Shown: positions 1 through 14,203, counted from the stretch's first letter. The stretch is 64,000 nt of DNA from Paraphysomonas bandaiensis (GCA_965644295.1 CBFFRP010000128.1:73666-137665); one strand, 5' to 3'. Numbers and translations are program-made. The notes: generated from the sequence alone by a model not told the origin.

Positions 1-1504
1 TAAACATGATTCGAGCTATCTGCTAATTTGTGATGGTTGTGATGTGGAGTTTCATACATACTGCCTGAACCCTCCCCTGGAAGCCATCCCCGAAGGGGCG
101 TGGTACTGCTCACACTGTCAGGCTACCCGGCCTCCTGAGGAGATTGTACCAAAGGCTGAAGAGGAAGAAGAGACGTAAGTTATAAATGCGATTGGTAGAC
201 GTGATGATATGTATTCTCGCAGGCCAATAGAAGTACCGAAGCGGCGTGGGCGAGGTCGTCCGCCGGGTTCATCCAAACAGAAGTTACATCACCAGGCTGT
301 GACTCCAAAGACTCATAGCTTTAAAAAGGATATTAGATCATCAGTACTAGCCGGACAGCCTAATATAGTCCCTTCTAGTATGTCGCATAGACATCCTCTG
401 CCAATGACTCTTGCTGCAACGAAAGGGCTAGTATCTGATGTGGTAAATATGGGGATGAAAACGCATGGCAATGCATCGGGGACACTGGAATGCTTCATTC
501 GTTGGGCTCCTTGTGATGAGCTGAGGTTATTGTTGGCTGATATGACTACTCATAGAGAAGAGCTTCTCACTAAGTATGTATTATTACGCTAATATAGTTG
601 CTCTGTGTAATATTATCCTGTTAGAATGAAAGAATTGGACCCTGAGGCCTACGAGAAACTGGATTTTTTCAAATATGGTATGAAGAGGACAGAAGAAAGT
701 TCATTGATGTCTGCTACTACCGTGAAAACCGAAGGAGGTAATGCCATGGAAGTGTCAGAATCTGTGAGTGCTGTTGAGGAAGAAATAAAGGCAACTGACG
801 GAGTAAAGCGGGAGACATGTATAGAGGAGCTAGATATTGTAGGGGCGGACGCTGTACAGAAGACTCAGTGCAAGGCTGGAGTTGCTGATGGAAAAAAAGA
901 GGTGGAATTATTAGATATAGCTAAAGCGGCGACCTCAGCGACCAAACAGACAAAGAAAAACACATCTGTATCATCTACTTCTGAGACCGATGTTGCAGAC
1001 CCTGGCGAATCTGTACGACCTCCGCGTGCACGAGGAAAAGGGAAATGCCGCAGTCCATCGCGCAATGTGGAGAATAACCGCAGTAAGAAAGCGAGTCGAC
1101 GTGGAGGTGGGGCAAGCCGAGAGTCATCCGACCAGTCTGCAGCCCGGAGTTCCTGTGCATCTGTCACAAAGACTGGCGATCTGGATGATCCGTCTTTGCC
1201 CGACAACAATGACTCTGCAGTTGGCAATATACGGAAACCGCCTTCCCCCCATTTGCAAGACTTCATTCGATTTTCGAAATTAGTAAGCGAGCAGGAGGCG
1301 AACCAGCAACTTCCCCTGGCCTCTCCTTTGCCAACCCCCGCAGATGCTCAGAGAAATGCGACAATCTTCAATCCTGAGGAGGGACTCCTATTGAGTCCTG
1401 GAACCTCAAGTGTATCGCGTAAGGGCAGTACAGAGATTCTTAGTGAGCTGAATTCAGTTTCCGCTGCAACTCACATCCCCAGTACTAGTGAAATAGAAGA
1501 ATAG
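1..1504 (+). CDS. 3' part of PHD-finger / AT-hook chromatin protein (5' end outside window)
   Basis: Frame 2 from base 2 reads [33 protein letters not shown] (PHD). GT-AG introns 175-222 and 574-624 join it in frame to [11 protein letters not shown] (AT-hook) and a low-complexity tail ending at 1504. Confidence 0.85.
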
Positions 1505-2313
1505 TGCAGTGCTAGCATATTTACGAAAGACAAGTTATCTGTATCGGTTGTTGCTCTATGGGGTAGTGATTGTTGGTTGTGTATTGTTGTACGACCATGC
1601 TCCCAAAACGTGTACAATGAATGAAAATATTCTACAGCTTATTGTGGTGATTAAATTATGAACTGGAAAATATGACGATATCGATTTTCTCTTGCTGATA
1701 TTTCTTTCGTACTTCCTGCTCAGGGTTCCTCCGATACAATACGAGAAACTATTGGTAAGCACGTAAGCACAGGTTTAGGAAATATTCAACACTCAACACG
1801 TATAGAGACAAGTTAATAATAAAATCGACTATCAATATGTTCATGACATACTAAACCGCTCATCAGTATGTCTACCAGTCACAATTGGTTGCCCCACTAC
1901 TAGTAGTATATAGCATGCCCAGTTATTAGTTATTCTACAGATGTAAAACTAGTTTCTATACACATCTGCTCTCATGGAATAATCAGACATTCTTATAACA
2001 GTCACTACTCTTTAGTATAGCCAACACTTTGGAAATGATGATACCACTTACATTAGTATCTCAATGACAACTTCTTTTTATTGTAAGTCTTTACTCCTTA
2101 CTGTTAACTAAGTCTATCTTCTTATAGGACGTATACTTTGCATATGTAGTCAGCCCAACTGAGCCCCTAAGAGCTATTGTACGAATCTTGATAATTCAGC
2201 TAAAGCTTACTTAACCGATCCATGCTTCTCACTTCTCTCATCAAATTAATCTAGCCACGATGACCACAATAGAAATTATTAAATGACAGTCATTTACTTA
2301 CACTACCACAGTT

Positions 2314-4677
2314 TCATTTTCTCCACATATCACCGTCAATAAAATAAGGAACGTTAATTGCAATCACAGCAATCACTAAAAATACGACCGATAGAATAAG
2401 TAAAGATGGCCAAATACTCGAGCTCCTGGGCACATGCGATTCATATTCATCTTCAGGAAAATCATCAATTATTTCCCCATCACTATCATAAACGGGTTTT
2501 CCAGAATAATGACCTTTCGAAAAGCGATGAAGATTTAACGAGAAGTCAAAACGTCGACCAGGACGCATATTATACCTACAATATATGAGCCAAAGTGTAT
2601 ACAAAGTGTTCACTTATACCAATCAGATATCTGATACATTTTCTCTTTTCCTTCTGGGGTTTTAAGATGATCGCGAAGCTTGGCAAGGGCAATTCTTGTG
2701 TGAATTGCTCCCTGTCTTTCGTATTCATCTGTAGACAGCAACTGCACACAAAACTCCATTACAATATACATTATATCCATTTTACGCAATGAATAGTACC
2801 GGCTGACTAGAATAAAGATAAGTCGGAGTCTGTCGTGCAGCTGCTGCAGTTATCCATAGGTAATGTGCCCATTCCAATAAGGTGTCTCTATTCATAGCCG
2901 CAACTGCCAAAATACAAGATATCTCCATGTTAGGGGAGCATCGCGTCAACACTAATACTGCTCCTAGACTGCGTAGGAACATACGCAAAATCGTGTGGGA
3001 GTTGGAATACTCCTCAAACATTTTCCACCTCCGAGCCAAAAACAATGATATCGCCACAGAAAAGAGGAAGTATGCCTTGCCTAGCCACGGTACACCAAAC
3101 GCTCCTTCGACCCTACGACACAAAAAAAATAGATTGGGTCATAATTATCAGTTGTAGATACGATAACATACCACAGGTCGACTATCCTATCGAATATATA
3201 CTCCTGAAAAGTGTGGGTTGTAAGGAGTAAGGATGAGCCCATAAATAGAGCAGATAATGTAGAATGGAAAATACCACCAAACATTGGTAGGTTATTCTTC
3301 AGCATGTACGAGCTAAGCCTGATTCAAAACTTGTCATCAGCATGAAGGTGGCACTCATCATCAACAACATATATATCCAACTGTATATATTAACCTCGAA
3401 TATACATGTACCAAGAAACATTCATGACAATCGCTTTTACCTGTAGAACAATATCACAACCCATATGACTGCCACGAAGATTCCGAAAACACTGGCAACT
3501 ACGTATTTTGTAACCGGCGAGGATGCAACAGAATCCTCTACACTAAGTAGACACCATGCAACGAACATCATCGTCGGATAAACAGGAACCCATTGGAAAA
3601 GCACTGGGAAAATATATTTTTCCAGAAATATCAATGTATCCTGTGTAAACAACGTAAACAAGGAATATCATCCATAACGGAAGGCAAATATAACACGGGA
3701 CATAGAATATGATTACGCGGCTCCAACTCATACGCGATATATATTTTAAAAATATCAGTTCTGAGACACTATATTTTACCTCAGAATATTTTCGTAACTG
3801 TAGTGATAGCCATAGACCGTCTATGTTTAGTAGCGACTGAATAGTCAGGGGAAGAACAGTCAGACAATTGCTTGCCCACTCCAGAGTACTGATAATAATG
3901 CCACCCCAACCCACGGACCCAATAGTTGGTACTTCTAATTTGTATGTCACTTCTGAGATGTCATCTGATTGGGACAAGTACCCAACACACGCAGAATGGA
4001 AGGGATCTACTGAGAGTTGGCACTCATCATCCACTGCGCTGGTAGCCGCACCCGCACAGGGGTCAGACAGAGCACACCAGTTTTGAGGGGATCCAACAGA
4101 TGGAGGTAATATCTCCGCATACTCAGATATTGCTCTACCATTCCAGCAACCGCACATCTTTTCGACACCAGAGATTTCACTACCAAGAAAGAAATGTACA
4201 CCACTGCATGCCCACTGTTGCAACAGAGGCTTCTGCTGAAGTAAAACAACATCAGAATAATAACTCAACCCTCCCAATTTCGAACGATTTATACGAAATA
4301 CGCCATCAGATACGAGAAATGCAAGAGGAAACTTTGTGTGATAAAATAACCGAGAGAAGGATATCACTATACTCTTCCACGCCTGTTATATACACACATA
4401 AGAGACTAACGGCTACATATCTACACATATGTATATATATATACACACATGCCATCTCACATACATTAAACAGAGCCCCGTGATACTGTCCTTCATGAGA
4501 ACTCTTTCCTGTATCTACTTGAAGGTTGTCTATCTCTATAGGGGAGATTAGTGTGACTATATCTCCGATCGTGGGCTCTGCTGCATTGTTACATAGTACT
4601 GTATACTTCACAGCGCTATAGGCTTGATTGAGACATAGCAGTACTGTGAATAAGATGAACACAAGGTTAGCGTTCAT
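2314..4677 (-). CDS. NEMP: NEMP/TMEM194-like nuclear envelope membrane protein, multi-exon
   Basis: Signal peptide MNANLVFILFTVLLCL and several TM exons (TKYVVASVFGIFVAVIWVVILFYR). The exon near 2620-2732 reads LLSTDEYERQGAIHTRIALAKLRDHL, resembling the NEMP motif LLTEEEYxxQGxxETRKALxELR. Confidence 0.7.
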
Positions 4678-5185
4678 GGTTAAAGGGGTATGTAGATATG
4701 GGGGGTGAGGAGTGTTAATGGGATGCTGTGTGATCACTGCGCTGGACATACATACACATCCATATATACATACAGCAGTACAGTACATACACAGGTACAT
4801 ATACATACATACACAGCAGTATAGTACATCAATTCTCAACGAATACTATTCACTTCCATACTTCCACACTCTCGATTTCTTTGTATGGAAGTACATAATG
4901 AGTGTCTAAAGGTACAGCTATCGAGAGGTACCATATATATACAATGCCTGTATACTGTTCAGGTATACTGTAAATAAGAACCACACATTCTTCCTCATAT
5001 GACACGAACCTACACTGCAACCCATACACACATACACTCCTCTAATCTAGATACAGTAACCACACATTCATCCCACTGCCAGTAGTGGTGTGCCTATACA
5101 TACATACACTACACTCCATACAATACTCTCCATATAAACTCACCACTTATCTATCTCCCATTAAACTCCATCATACACACTAATC
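4678..5185. promoter_or_regulatory. Putative bidirectional promoter NEMP / eIF3c
   Basis: Divergent ATGs about 510 bp apart, CA-rich leaders on each sense strand, TACAGCAGTA at 4771. Confidence 0.55.
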
Positions 5186-8100
5186 ATGTCGAGATTTTGG
5201 GCCGGGGGAAGTTCCAGTGAGAGCGAGAATGAATCAGAGAGTGATTCTGATAGCAGCGTACAGCAGAACCAGAAGATTGGAGGGGGAAAGTTCATCGGAG
5301 CCTTTGAGTCTGATAGTGGTAACTATACATAGAAACACACGCATATATACTCTTATATATATATATAGAATCTGAAGATGAAGTACGTGTAGTGAAGTCG
5401 AAGAAAGACAAATCATGGGATTCAATGCGTGATGCGATTAGTCGTATGAGGAGTGCGATGAAGATCAACGACTGGAGTATCATACTGGACGAGTTCAAAG
5501 CTATTAATAAAATAGTTGAGAAATCTAAAATGCTCATATTAAAGAATGGTCTTCCCAAGTTTTATGTCAAGATTCTTGTTGATGTTGAAGACTTTTTGAA
5601 TCAGACTCTTAAGGATAAAGAGAGCATTAAGAAGATGAAGAAAGAAGTTGCCAAGTCCTTTAATACAATGAAGCTGACTGTCCGGAAGCACAACAAAGCA
5701 TATGAAGCCGAGATTGAAGCGTGTCGTGCGAATCCTCAGGACTATACTGAAGAAAGTAGTGATGAGGAAGATTCCTCTAGTGAGGAAGACTCTTCTGATG
5801 AGGACTCTTCTGATGAGGATAGCGATGAGGATAGCGACGAAGAGAGCGAGTCAGAAAACGAAGCGCCAGTGAAATCTAATGCGTCAAAGGTAAATATAGT
5901 GATACTAAACATGTAGTGTCGTATATAGAGGTGCAGTGATCCCTCATTCCTCGTTTCCGACTGGGTTGTGTTGCGTGAGTGTGGTGGGTTAGTCATTAAC
6001 TCCGAGAGGAGGACTTTCTTTCTACCTCACACTCCTTCTCATATGAGACAAATCTAATCAAGTTTAAGTAGTATCTGAGCACCTATTCTCTGCTATACAT
6101 TCATACTATCTTTGTTTCGTTGCTCAACTTACAACTATCCCTTCTCAGGTCAAGTTTGCTATGGGCTCCGATTCGGATGAGGACTCTGAGGACTCTTGGC
6201 CAAGCGACTCAGACGACTCGAGCAGTGACAGCAGCGATGATGAAGACGACAGAGGGGAACTCAAGGGTCGTGAGCGATGGTTGAAGAAGAAAGTTGATAC
6301 TTCCGCGTTGGATAAAAAGAAAGCGAAACAGCAGGCTAAGAAAGCTCGTTCCTCTGGCCCAAGCACTAAGGCCAGCTCCATAGAGAGTCGTGTAAAGTCG
6401 GCATCCTCACACTGGAAGATCGACGAGAATATGACCGAGGAAGTGATTGACAGAAAGGTCAAGGAGATTGTGTCATCCCGTGGCCGCAAGAGTTCTCTCC
6501 CGGATGCGATGATATATCAGCTCGAGGTGCTTGCTAAGGTTGCTCGTTATTATGGTCCGCATAAAGAGATTCCCATTCTCGGACATCTAATTTCCGCTAT
6601 GTTTGATGCTAACAATAGCTTGGACAGCTATATGGACCTGCGAACATGGAGGACATGTTGGGGATGCATGATGCGTATTGCGACTTTGCTCGAAGAGAAC
6701 AACCGTATCATTCTCGGTGTATTATCTGCTGAAGACTTGACAGATTTCCTAATGGCTGACAAAATGCAGAACGACCTCTTTAAGAAAAACGAAGAGGATA
6801 GCACACCAAAATCGAGTGATCCAAATAAAATCTACCTCGTGGGTGATATGGAAACTCATTTGGTAAGACTGGAGAGAGAATACACAAAGAGCCTACAGCA
6901 GATCAACCCGCATACTCAAGATTATGTTATACGTCTCTCAGATGAGGCGCTACTGCTTGAACTGGCTGAGGGGCTTCAAAAATACTACACTCGTGTAGGA
7001 AATAAGTCTGCGATTGCCAGTGTTGCTCTCCTTCGCTTAGAGCACTTGTACTACAAGAACGAGAATATGGCCCGCGAAGTACATCGGGCTTATCTGTTCG
7101 CCAAAAAATGGGGAAGGTATTCTGATCTCCATCCTGCGTGCACTGGCAAGATTTCGGACAATGTGACATCAGCTCGTGATTCTTCTACCACTCACCCCGC
7201 CGCGTTTCAAGGAAATCCCTCTGTTTCTTTTCCTGACAGTCACAATGCTTCTAAAGAAGTGGAGGAACTATGTAGTATTATTTTTAAGGTTGGAGACGGT
7301 GACTCCAAGTCGCGTGCATTATTATGCGCTGTATTCCACCACGCGATGCATGACCGATATTACCGCGCACGTGATCTGTTTTTGATCTCTCATATCCAGG
7401 ATAACATCGAGGACTTCGGTGTTTCGACACAGATTCTTTACAACAGGGCGATTGTCACACTTGGTCTTGCTGCTTTCCGTCAGGGCCATATTATGAAGGC
7501 ATACGAGTGTTTGGGAGGTGTGTGTGGCGGACGTGTTAAAGAACTCTTAGCTCAAGGCACTATTCGTTGGCACGACAAAGGCGTTGAGCAAGAAAATGAG
7601 GAGAAACGTCGTCAGATTCCTTACCACATGCACATCAACCCTGATCTGCTTGATTGCTGCTATATGATATGCGCTATGATGGTGGAACTCCCATTCATAG
7701 TTGGCAAACCTTATGACCGATCAGTTTTGGCCCGTTTCCATTTCCGTAAGTATTTAAATGGCTACAACCGGCAGTTGTTCACTGGGCCGCCAGAGAACAC
7801 TAGGGAGCATGTCCTGGCTGCTGCTAAAGCACTAATGACAGGAGATTGGAAGAAGGCTGTCAACTACATCCTCAATTTGGATGTGTGGAACTTAATTCCT
7901 AATGATGGCGGGGCCAAAGTCAAGGAAATGCTCAACATTAAACTTAAGGAGGAAGCCCTGCGTATCTACCTTTATTCCAGTGTGGCATCCAACTACGAAT
8001 CCTTGTCATTGAGCAGTATCTGCTCTCAGTTTGATATGGACTCAGTGACTTCCCGGCGTATCATTAGCAAAATGATTTTCCGCAACGAGGTGTCTGGGGC

Positions 8101-8527
8101 ATGGGACCAATCCGCAAACGGGGATGATGTGCTTGTGTTATACAACGTCGGCGCTACTCCAATGCAAACTCTCGCACTGCAAATGGCGGACAAGGTTAGC
8201 AATCTCGTGGAGAGCAACGAGCGTATCCTCGATTCTATGACAAGTACATACGGATACAAAGACGATTGGAACCAACAGAGGAAACCTCATGATAGCCAGT
8301 ACCAAGGGCAGCAGAGAGCTAAGGGTGGCTTGAAAGGACCGGCGTACAGAGGACAGAACCGCCACCAGTCCGGTGGAAAACACGGAAGTGGGAAGCATTC
8401 TAGAAACCCTCGTGCCGGAAATGCTTGGAGTAATCAGGGCAAATCAAAGACGTCATACAAGAGCCAGCAGATCAAGAACTCTATATCCAAAAAAACTACG
8501 GTCATGGGGTGGGGTGCACCTATGTAA
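5186..8527 (+). CDS. EIF3C: Eukaryotic translation initiation factor 3 subunit C
   Basis: Starts MSRFWAGGSSSE with acidic tracts. Motifs YTKSLQQINPHTQDYV, QILYNRA, PYHMHIN, FTGPPENTREHV and a C-terminal PCI domain. Introns about 5319-5368 and 5890-6148. Confidence 0.96.
5929..6084 (+). ncRNA. Intronic box C/D snoRNA, predicted guide for the 18S Gm1572-equivalent (snR57-like)
   Basis: Terminal stem AGGTGC/GCACCT, C-like box GTGATCC (5936), D box CTGA (6075). ATTCCTCGTT (5946-5955) is complementary to conserved 18S AACGAGGAAT and is followed by D'-like CCGA. It ends about 64 nt before the 3' splice site. Confidence 0.65.
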
Positions 8528-8750
8528 TTTATCCGCATGTATGTGTTCTTGGATCCTAATGGTGGGCATGGTGGCATGAGTTTCATGGTGAGTGAATATG
8601 TTCCATGATAGCTAGCATTGCTTAATTTCAATAGTTTGCAACAACTTAGTAATAAACGTACATCATAATGACAAGAAAATGATTTGTTTTTTAAGATCAA
8701 GTACATGTAGTACAGGATTAGAAAGCTCCGAGAGTAAAGGATAGTGTGGG

Positions 8751-9126
8751 CAGGGTTAGGATAGTAACAATTAGTTGCAATTTATTGTGCCAATTATTGT
8801 CTAATTAACTTAGTTACTCATTACAAGCACGTATAGCATCTTCAACCGTACTTGCATTCCACAGAAATCTATAAAGGCAAGAACATAAGGGCCTCTAATC
8901 GATGCGGTGCCATAGATCCAAACTTGTGATAATGGGTTGTATCTATGATCAGTAGATCAGTAGCTATACATATTACATATTAAGACGCTATATATAATTT
9001 AGCCAGCCAATTAATTGGCAACAATTTCCAATAATAATAATTGGAATTATCACTATTAAAACCAATTAATTTAATTGGCAATTATTGCCAATAAATTGAA
9101 AACCAAATAATTGTTTCGCAAGCCTG
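8751..9126. mobile_element. Degenerate hAT-like MITE
   Basis: Imperfect ends CAGGGTTAGGA / TCGCAAGCCTG with CAATTA-rich subterminal repeats like those at 34460 and 59828. No TSD seen. Confidence 0.35.
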
Positions 9127-9295
9127 CTACTTATAGAAGGGCATTGAGCATTACATATACACTATGGATCAAGCTGAACTAAGTTTTGTAGCTCAAAATC
9201 AAGAGGAAAGACAAATCATCGACCGTTCAACAACTGTATATATATGCATTAGACAGCTAACGGTCATAATTCGAATAATTATCTAGCTTCAATAC

Positions 9296-9602
9296 TCCCT
9301 CAGCAAAGTCGGACTCACACCTTTTCGTGGTGTTCTGGGGGATAAGTACCAGAGAGATTCTCTCTGGGAAACTAACGTGGGCCGCAAACATAGTCAGCAG
9401 ATATTATTCTGCCCACTCATAGCCGAATGCTTGTATGGTACAAGGGACACAATAAGTGTCACTTGTGTAGACGCCTTTGGGCCCTGAAAGATAAACAGGC
9501 ATCCGGGAATGGGCCCACCTGAAGGGTAATCGGGGAATTGGGCTGCCTGCTGAGGTCAAGCATTCGAGATGATGTTCACCTTAAGATCTCAGAGCGGAAG
9601 TG
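9296..9602 (+). pseudogene. Dispersed fragment of a non-LTR retroelement-like coding region
   Basis: Homologous (inverted) to about 51380-51675, with synonymous-type differences (KVGLTP, DKY, ETNV, IRxWxxLKG). Confidence 0.5.
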
Positions 9603-10262
9603 GTCGAACCTTGGTGTTTGCAGCGACGCACAAGCAGCTTCCGTAGCGTCATATAGTAGGATAAAAAATGTTTGTACTAATTAGTTACAGGCAGAGGTCT
9701 AACTAGTTTGTCTAGCATTCATCTAGTTACTAAGTTGGTGCAGATTTTTAACGCCTTTTGCTAAATAAACAGACTCTTAATAATATTGAAATACTGAAAT
9801 TTAGGAAATGACTACATTAGTGATGAAGTTATTAATTACAAAACACAAGACATTATAATCATTAAATAAACATTTTCCAACTTCCTAGCGTGGCTGCGAA
9901 AACTCGTACTCCGACAAATATCAAGATGGAAAGAAAGAAGATAAAAGAACAATTCTAGAGTACAGTACGTCGCTATGGTACATCCTATACAAGAGGTACA
10001 AGGTGTAAATTCTAGCTCTCAATATCAAACGTAGCAGTTTCTAATCATTACTGACTTCAAGAATGATCTAACTTCAAGCGACGGTGTAGAAACTGGTGGC
10101 TTGATAAATGTCAAGTTAATGATTTAACAGATCATAAATATTTCTAGTCTTGGACCTTTCTTTTCTGGAAAACATTAAGTATACATTATACATATTTACT
10201 TTACGGATGCTGCAACACAGTGTAACCCTACATATCCGACTACCGATCCGACACCAGATATG

Positions 10263-11381
10263 TCATTTTGGTCCATCATTTTCGGTCCCCGAAGTTGGAT
10301 TGGTGTCCACTTTCTCTGGAGACGCTAGATTACACTTGCCTCCACTGATACGGTCAACCATTTTGTATATATCCTGCGCAAAAGGTGACGCATCTACTAA
10401 CTCCATGGCCGCTCTCTGAGCACGCACAAAAAAGGCGGTGGGAGTGTCCAATGCAGGACGGACATCTAAGTGCATGGAAATCTGGGCGGAGGGGGCCGCA
10501 GAACCCGTATAAAAGTCTATAACATAACGAACCTCCTCACCATTACTATCAATTAACCAGTCATGCCGATCGAAAGGAAGTGTATATCTACATCACATAT
10601 GAAAGCGATTGAGAGGAAAGGATTTACAACGAGTCAAAACCTTACCCCATAAGAGCTTTAAGATAGGCTTTAGGAGATATGTCCTTTGCTTTTCCCATAA
10701 ATCTTTTCAGACGAGGGTTGGAGCTGAATATAGCATACATGACATGGGCAGATATAATATCACTACGATATACTGACCATCCTCTAAGCCTTTCCCATTC
10801 AATAATTTCCTGCCATCCTAAACAAAACCCGCAGTCAGCAATAAGGTGATAGCACGTACAGTATGTGTAATGAGTAACCTTTCTCGTTAACCATATTGTG
10901 GATGGCAAGGATGACGGCCACGTCCTCTTCCTGCGGGTTATATCCTTTTCTCTGCATACACCATCACCTCAACAGACACATAGTCAATCATTTCATTTAC
11001 TTTCATCGCATTATAGTACTGTTGTTGACTCGGATATACCCATCGATCGAGTGGTTTGGACCCATGAGGCTGATGCTCGGGCGTATACTCCCCTTTCGGG
11101 ATGTTAGATATGGACCGTGTCTTCGATAGAGGGATCCTCTGATCCGGATGAACGTTATCACCAAAGACTAAATCATTAGCTAGTGTGTTATGTTTGGATG
11201 TCTCTGCTGTCTGTGAGGGTGTGGAGGGTGTATCAGGAGCAGCAGGTGAGAGAGGAGAGGGTTGAGTTGATCCGAAGAGAAGAGAAAACACTGAAGAGGA
11301 GCGAGAGACAGAGGAGGAGTCATGGTCCACAGGACAGCCCTCTGAGGGGGAGGAGGATTCACTTGGACAACCACTTGGCAT
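10263..11381 (-). CDS. HCCS: Holocytochrome c synthase (cytochrome c heme lyase)
   Basis: N-terminal CP motifs, then [40 protein letters not shown] and LDVRPALD across spliced exons. Confidence 0.95.
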
Positions 11382-11464
11382 TTCCTAATTAGATGAGGAC
11401 AGAGAAGTAACCTGACGATATATACACCCTCCACAAGAACAATACCACCATACACACATACACA

Positions 11465-11690
11465 CATACATACATACATACATACATACATACATACATA
11501 CATACATACATACATACATACATACATACATACATACATACATACATACATACATACATACATACATACATACATACATACATACATACATACATACATA
11601 CATACATACATACATACATACATACATACATACATACATACATACATACATACATACATACATACATACATACATACATACATACATACA

Positions 11691-11720
<30 letters not shown>
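11465..11720 (+). repeat. (CATA)n microsatellite, about 64 units
   Basis: Direct reading. It lies between the divergent HCCS and SLC10A7 starts and is followed by TACAGCAGTA. Confidence 0.98.
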
Positions 11721-11722
<2 letters not shown>

Positions 11723-11923
11723 CAGCAGTACATCATCACCCTGTTAGTCCCAATTTGTTATGGTGTTCTATGGTTCACCAGATTTAGAGTTCCTGGAGTG
11801 CTGTTGGAGTGAAGTGAGAATATGTGTGTAGGTATGCATATACGGTGTATGTGTATCTCATCAGCTCAGTCATATGCTCACACTAACCTCATCCTACCTA
11901 ACCATACATCCAATACATCAACC

Positions 11924-13645
11924 ATGAGTGATTCTAAGATCCTCCAATGGCTGGGATGGAGTTCATATGATAAATTCAATGAGAATGGAACAAACGGTCT
12001 GTCAAATGAATCAGTAACTAGTGTATGCATGTCTATTAAAGAAATACGATCTAAACTCTTTACTTTTATTGATAGAAATTTCTTTTTAGTGTTTGTTATT
12101 GTTGCTATCATGATAGCAGCTGCATATCCTTATATGGGCAGAGAGGGGGGACCAATCAGACCAGAGTATACTGTATCATATGGTGCGACGATGCTTGTGT
12201 TTGTTATATCTGGATTAACGCTAAAGACGGCCCAACTCAAGAATGCGTTTCTGGATATACCTTTCAATGTGTTTGTGCAAACGTATAGTCTTGTGTGCAT
12301 ACCATTAGCCGTATGGATACTGACTCTGTTACTTCGGGATACGACAATACACCCTGCGTTGCTTGATGGACTTAGAATATGTGGAGCACTGCCTACGACT
12401 GTTAGTATGTGTGTTGTGCTCACTAGCTCAGCTGGAGGGGATGATTGTGCTGCTCTATTTAACGCAACATTTGGGAATTTTCTCGGAATATTTATAACAC
12501 CTCTCTGGCTTGTTACACTTGTGCGCATTCACGCATCTGTGTCATTTACTTCTGTGTTTCTTAAGCTTTTAATAAAAGTGATAATACCTGTCACGTGTGG
12601 ACAGGTTGCTCTGCAACTAATGTCCAATGATATGCGCGCAAGAGTTGCGGTATGGAGCTTCTTATGCTTTTTGATGAAGTGTCAACTTCAATCACGTAGG
12701 CTCATGGTAAACACCTCAAAAGAACTCAGGACTGTCTTTTAGTAGCAATTGCATTTACGGTATGTGTATGTACAACTGATATAAACCAATCTTACTCTTA
12801 AATGAAAAATAGACGTTTTCGACTGCTTTTTCAGCTGGGTTTTCCGTGACTTGGGGAGACTTATTTTCAGTAACCGGAATTGTGCTTGCCTTACAGGTAT
12901 CTTACTACAAGATTACCAATAATACCTGTAACCATATTGTATCAGGTTTTGTTTAGTGGAATAGTATGGAGAGCAATGTCAGTCCCATGCCTGAAATTAT
13001 CGCCTCGTCGTCGTGTTGCCGGTATGTTTTGTAATTTTGTGTAAAAATATTTGATATAGCTTAACCATGGGTGATATGTACATTGAAAGAGATGTAAATT
13101 ATGTTGGATGATAACTCGAATTGTATGGCTATCTGCGTGCCTACTTTTATTAAATGACAGTGAGAAAGAACCCATATGGGGTTTCCGGCTACCCATCTGA
13201 TCATGTTTTTTGTTAGGGCTGTTTGCGTCCACCCAGAAAACAATAGCTCTGGGAATTCCTCTAATAACGGCTGTGTTTGAAGGATCGGATAACCTTTCGT
13301 ATTACACAATTCCCATTCTCATATATCACCCTATGCAGGTAAAGTATTCATTTTAGAATTATACTTCTAACTGTACAACGATGTATGCGTCACGTGATAT
13401 TTTTAATGGCTGGTTCTTCTGTATTATTGACCTTATTATTCCAGTTGGTGCTTGGTTCATTACTTATTCCACACCTCAGTGATTATATCAAGGTATGTTC
13501 GTAAGTTCTAACCTTTCATGAAATGTGATACAGTTTTTTATAGAGATGCGATAGCGAAGTTGTAGAGCAATCTTTGCCCGAAGAATCAGGCATTGATGAA
13601 GGGCTAGAAGTCCTCCCTGTATCTGAATCCGCTGACTCTTATTAA
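11924..13645 (+). CDS. SLC10A7: Sodium/bile-acid symporter family, SLC10A7-like
   Basis: GGPIRPEYTVSYGA, FVISGLTLK, LPTTVSMCVVLTSSAGG, ALFNATFGNFLGIFITP; later exons QKTIALGIPLI and PILIYHPMQL. Confidence 0.88.
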
Positions 13646-14203
13646 TAATCAATGCAATATAAATTTGACTCCGCTTCATCTTAAATATTTTAGACATAAA
13701 CCTTGTGTACACTGTGTATTTGGCACCGTTACAGTGTTACAATTATATATACTATATACTATATACGTGACATAGGTTTTGACGTTTTGACATAACGACG
13801 TTACAAATAACACAAGTATCAATGCCTATCGCAATAAGTGAAGTAAATTTTAAATACATATAAAAAAATATAGTGTGTATGTTTTGAAAACGTAGAAATT
13901 TTATTGTGTGAGTGATGTCATACTGATAGCATGAGAGTTTTATAATATAAAGTTATATATTCCATCATGGGTCGAAGGAGGTTGAATATTTTGAAGCGAG
14001 GGTGTTAAAAGTTCGAGTGTTAAAATACTCCTTATCATTACGATCGAAATAAAAACTACAACATTACGATATCATATACAAATTTCGATATTGTGCTGTC
14101 AAACATTTCAACATGCCACACTCTATACAACGGTTTATCATTTGTCTACCAAAGTAGATAATATAAGAACAACTACCATAAAGTGCGGCATATAGACAGT
14201 GAA

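Noticed and set aside
6058-6078. Similarity to U2 snRNA (ATCAAG..GTAGTATCTG)
   Set aside because: The match is short and gapped, the rest of U2 is absent, and it is better explained as the 3' end of the snoRNA.
9296-9650. Structured ncRNA (RNase MRP/U3-like), suggested by the CCAGAGAG/CTCTCTGG hairpin
   Set aside because: No diagnostic boxes; the homologous copy at 51.4-51.7 kb conserves codons rather than the hairpin.
11180-11739. MYVC/HTYI-repeat ORFs here and at 19357-19845 and 23734-24169
   Set aside because: Translation artefacts of stop-free (CATA)n/(GTAT)n microsatellites.
13022-13217. Possible snoRNA in the longer SLC10A7 intron
   Set aside because: CTGA is too close to the 3' splice site, with no convincing terminal stem or guide.
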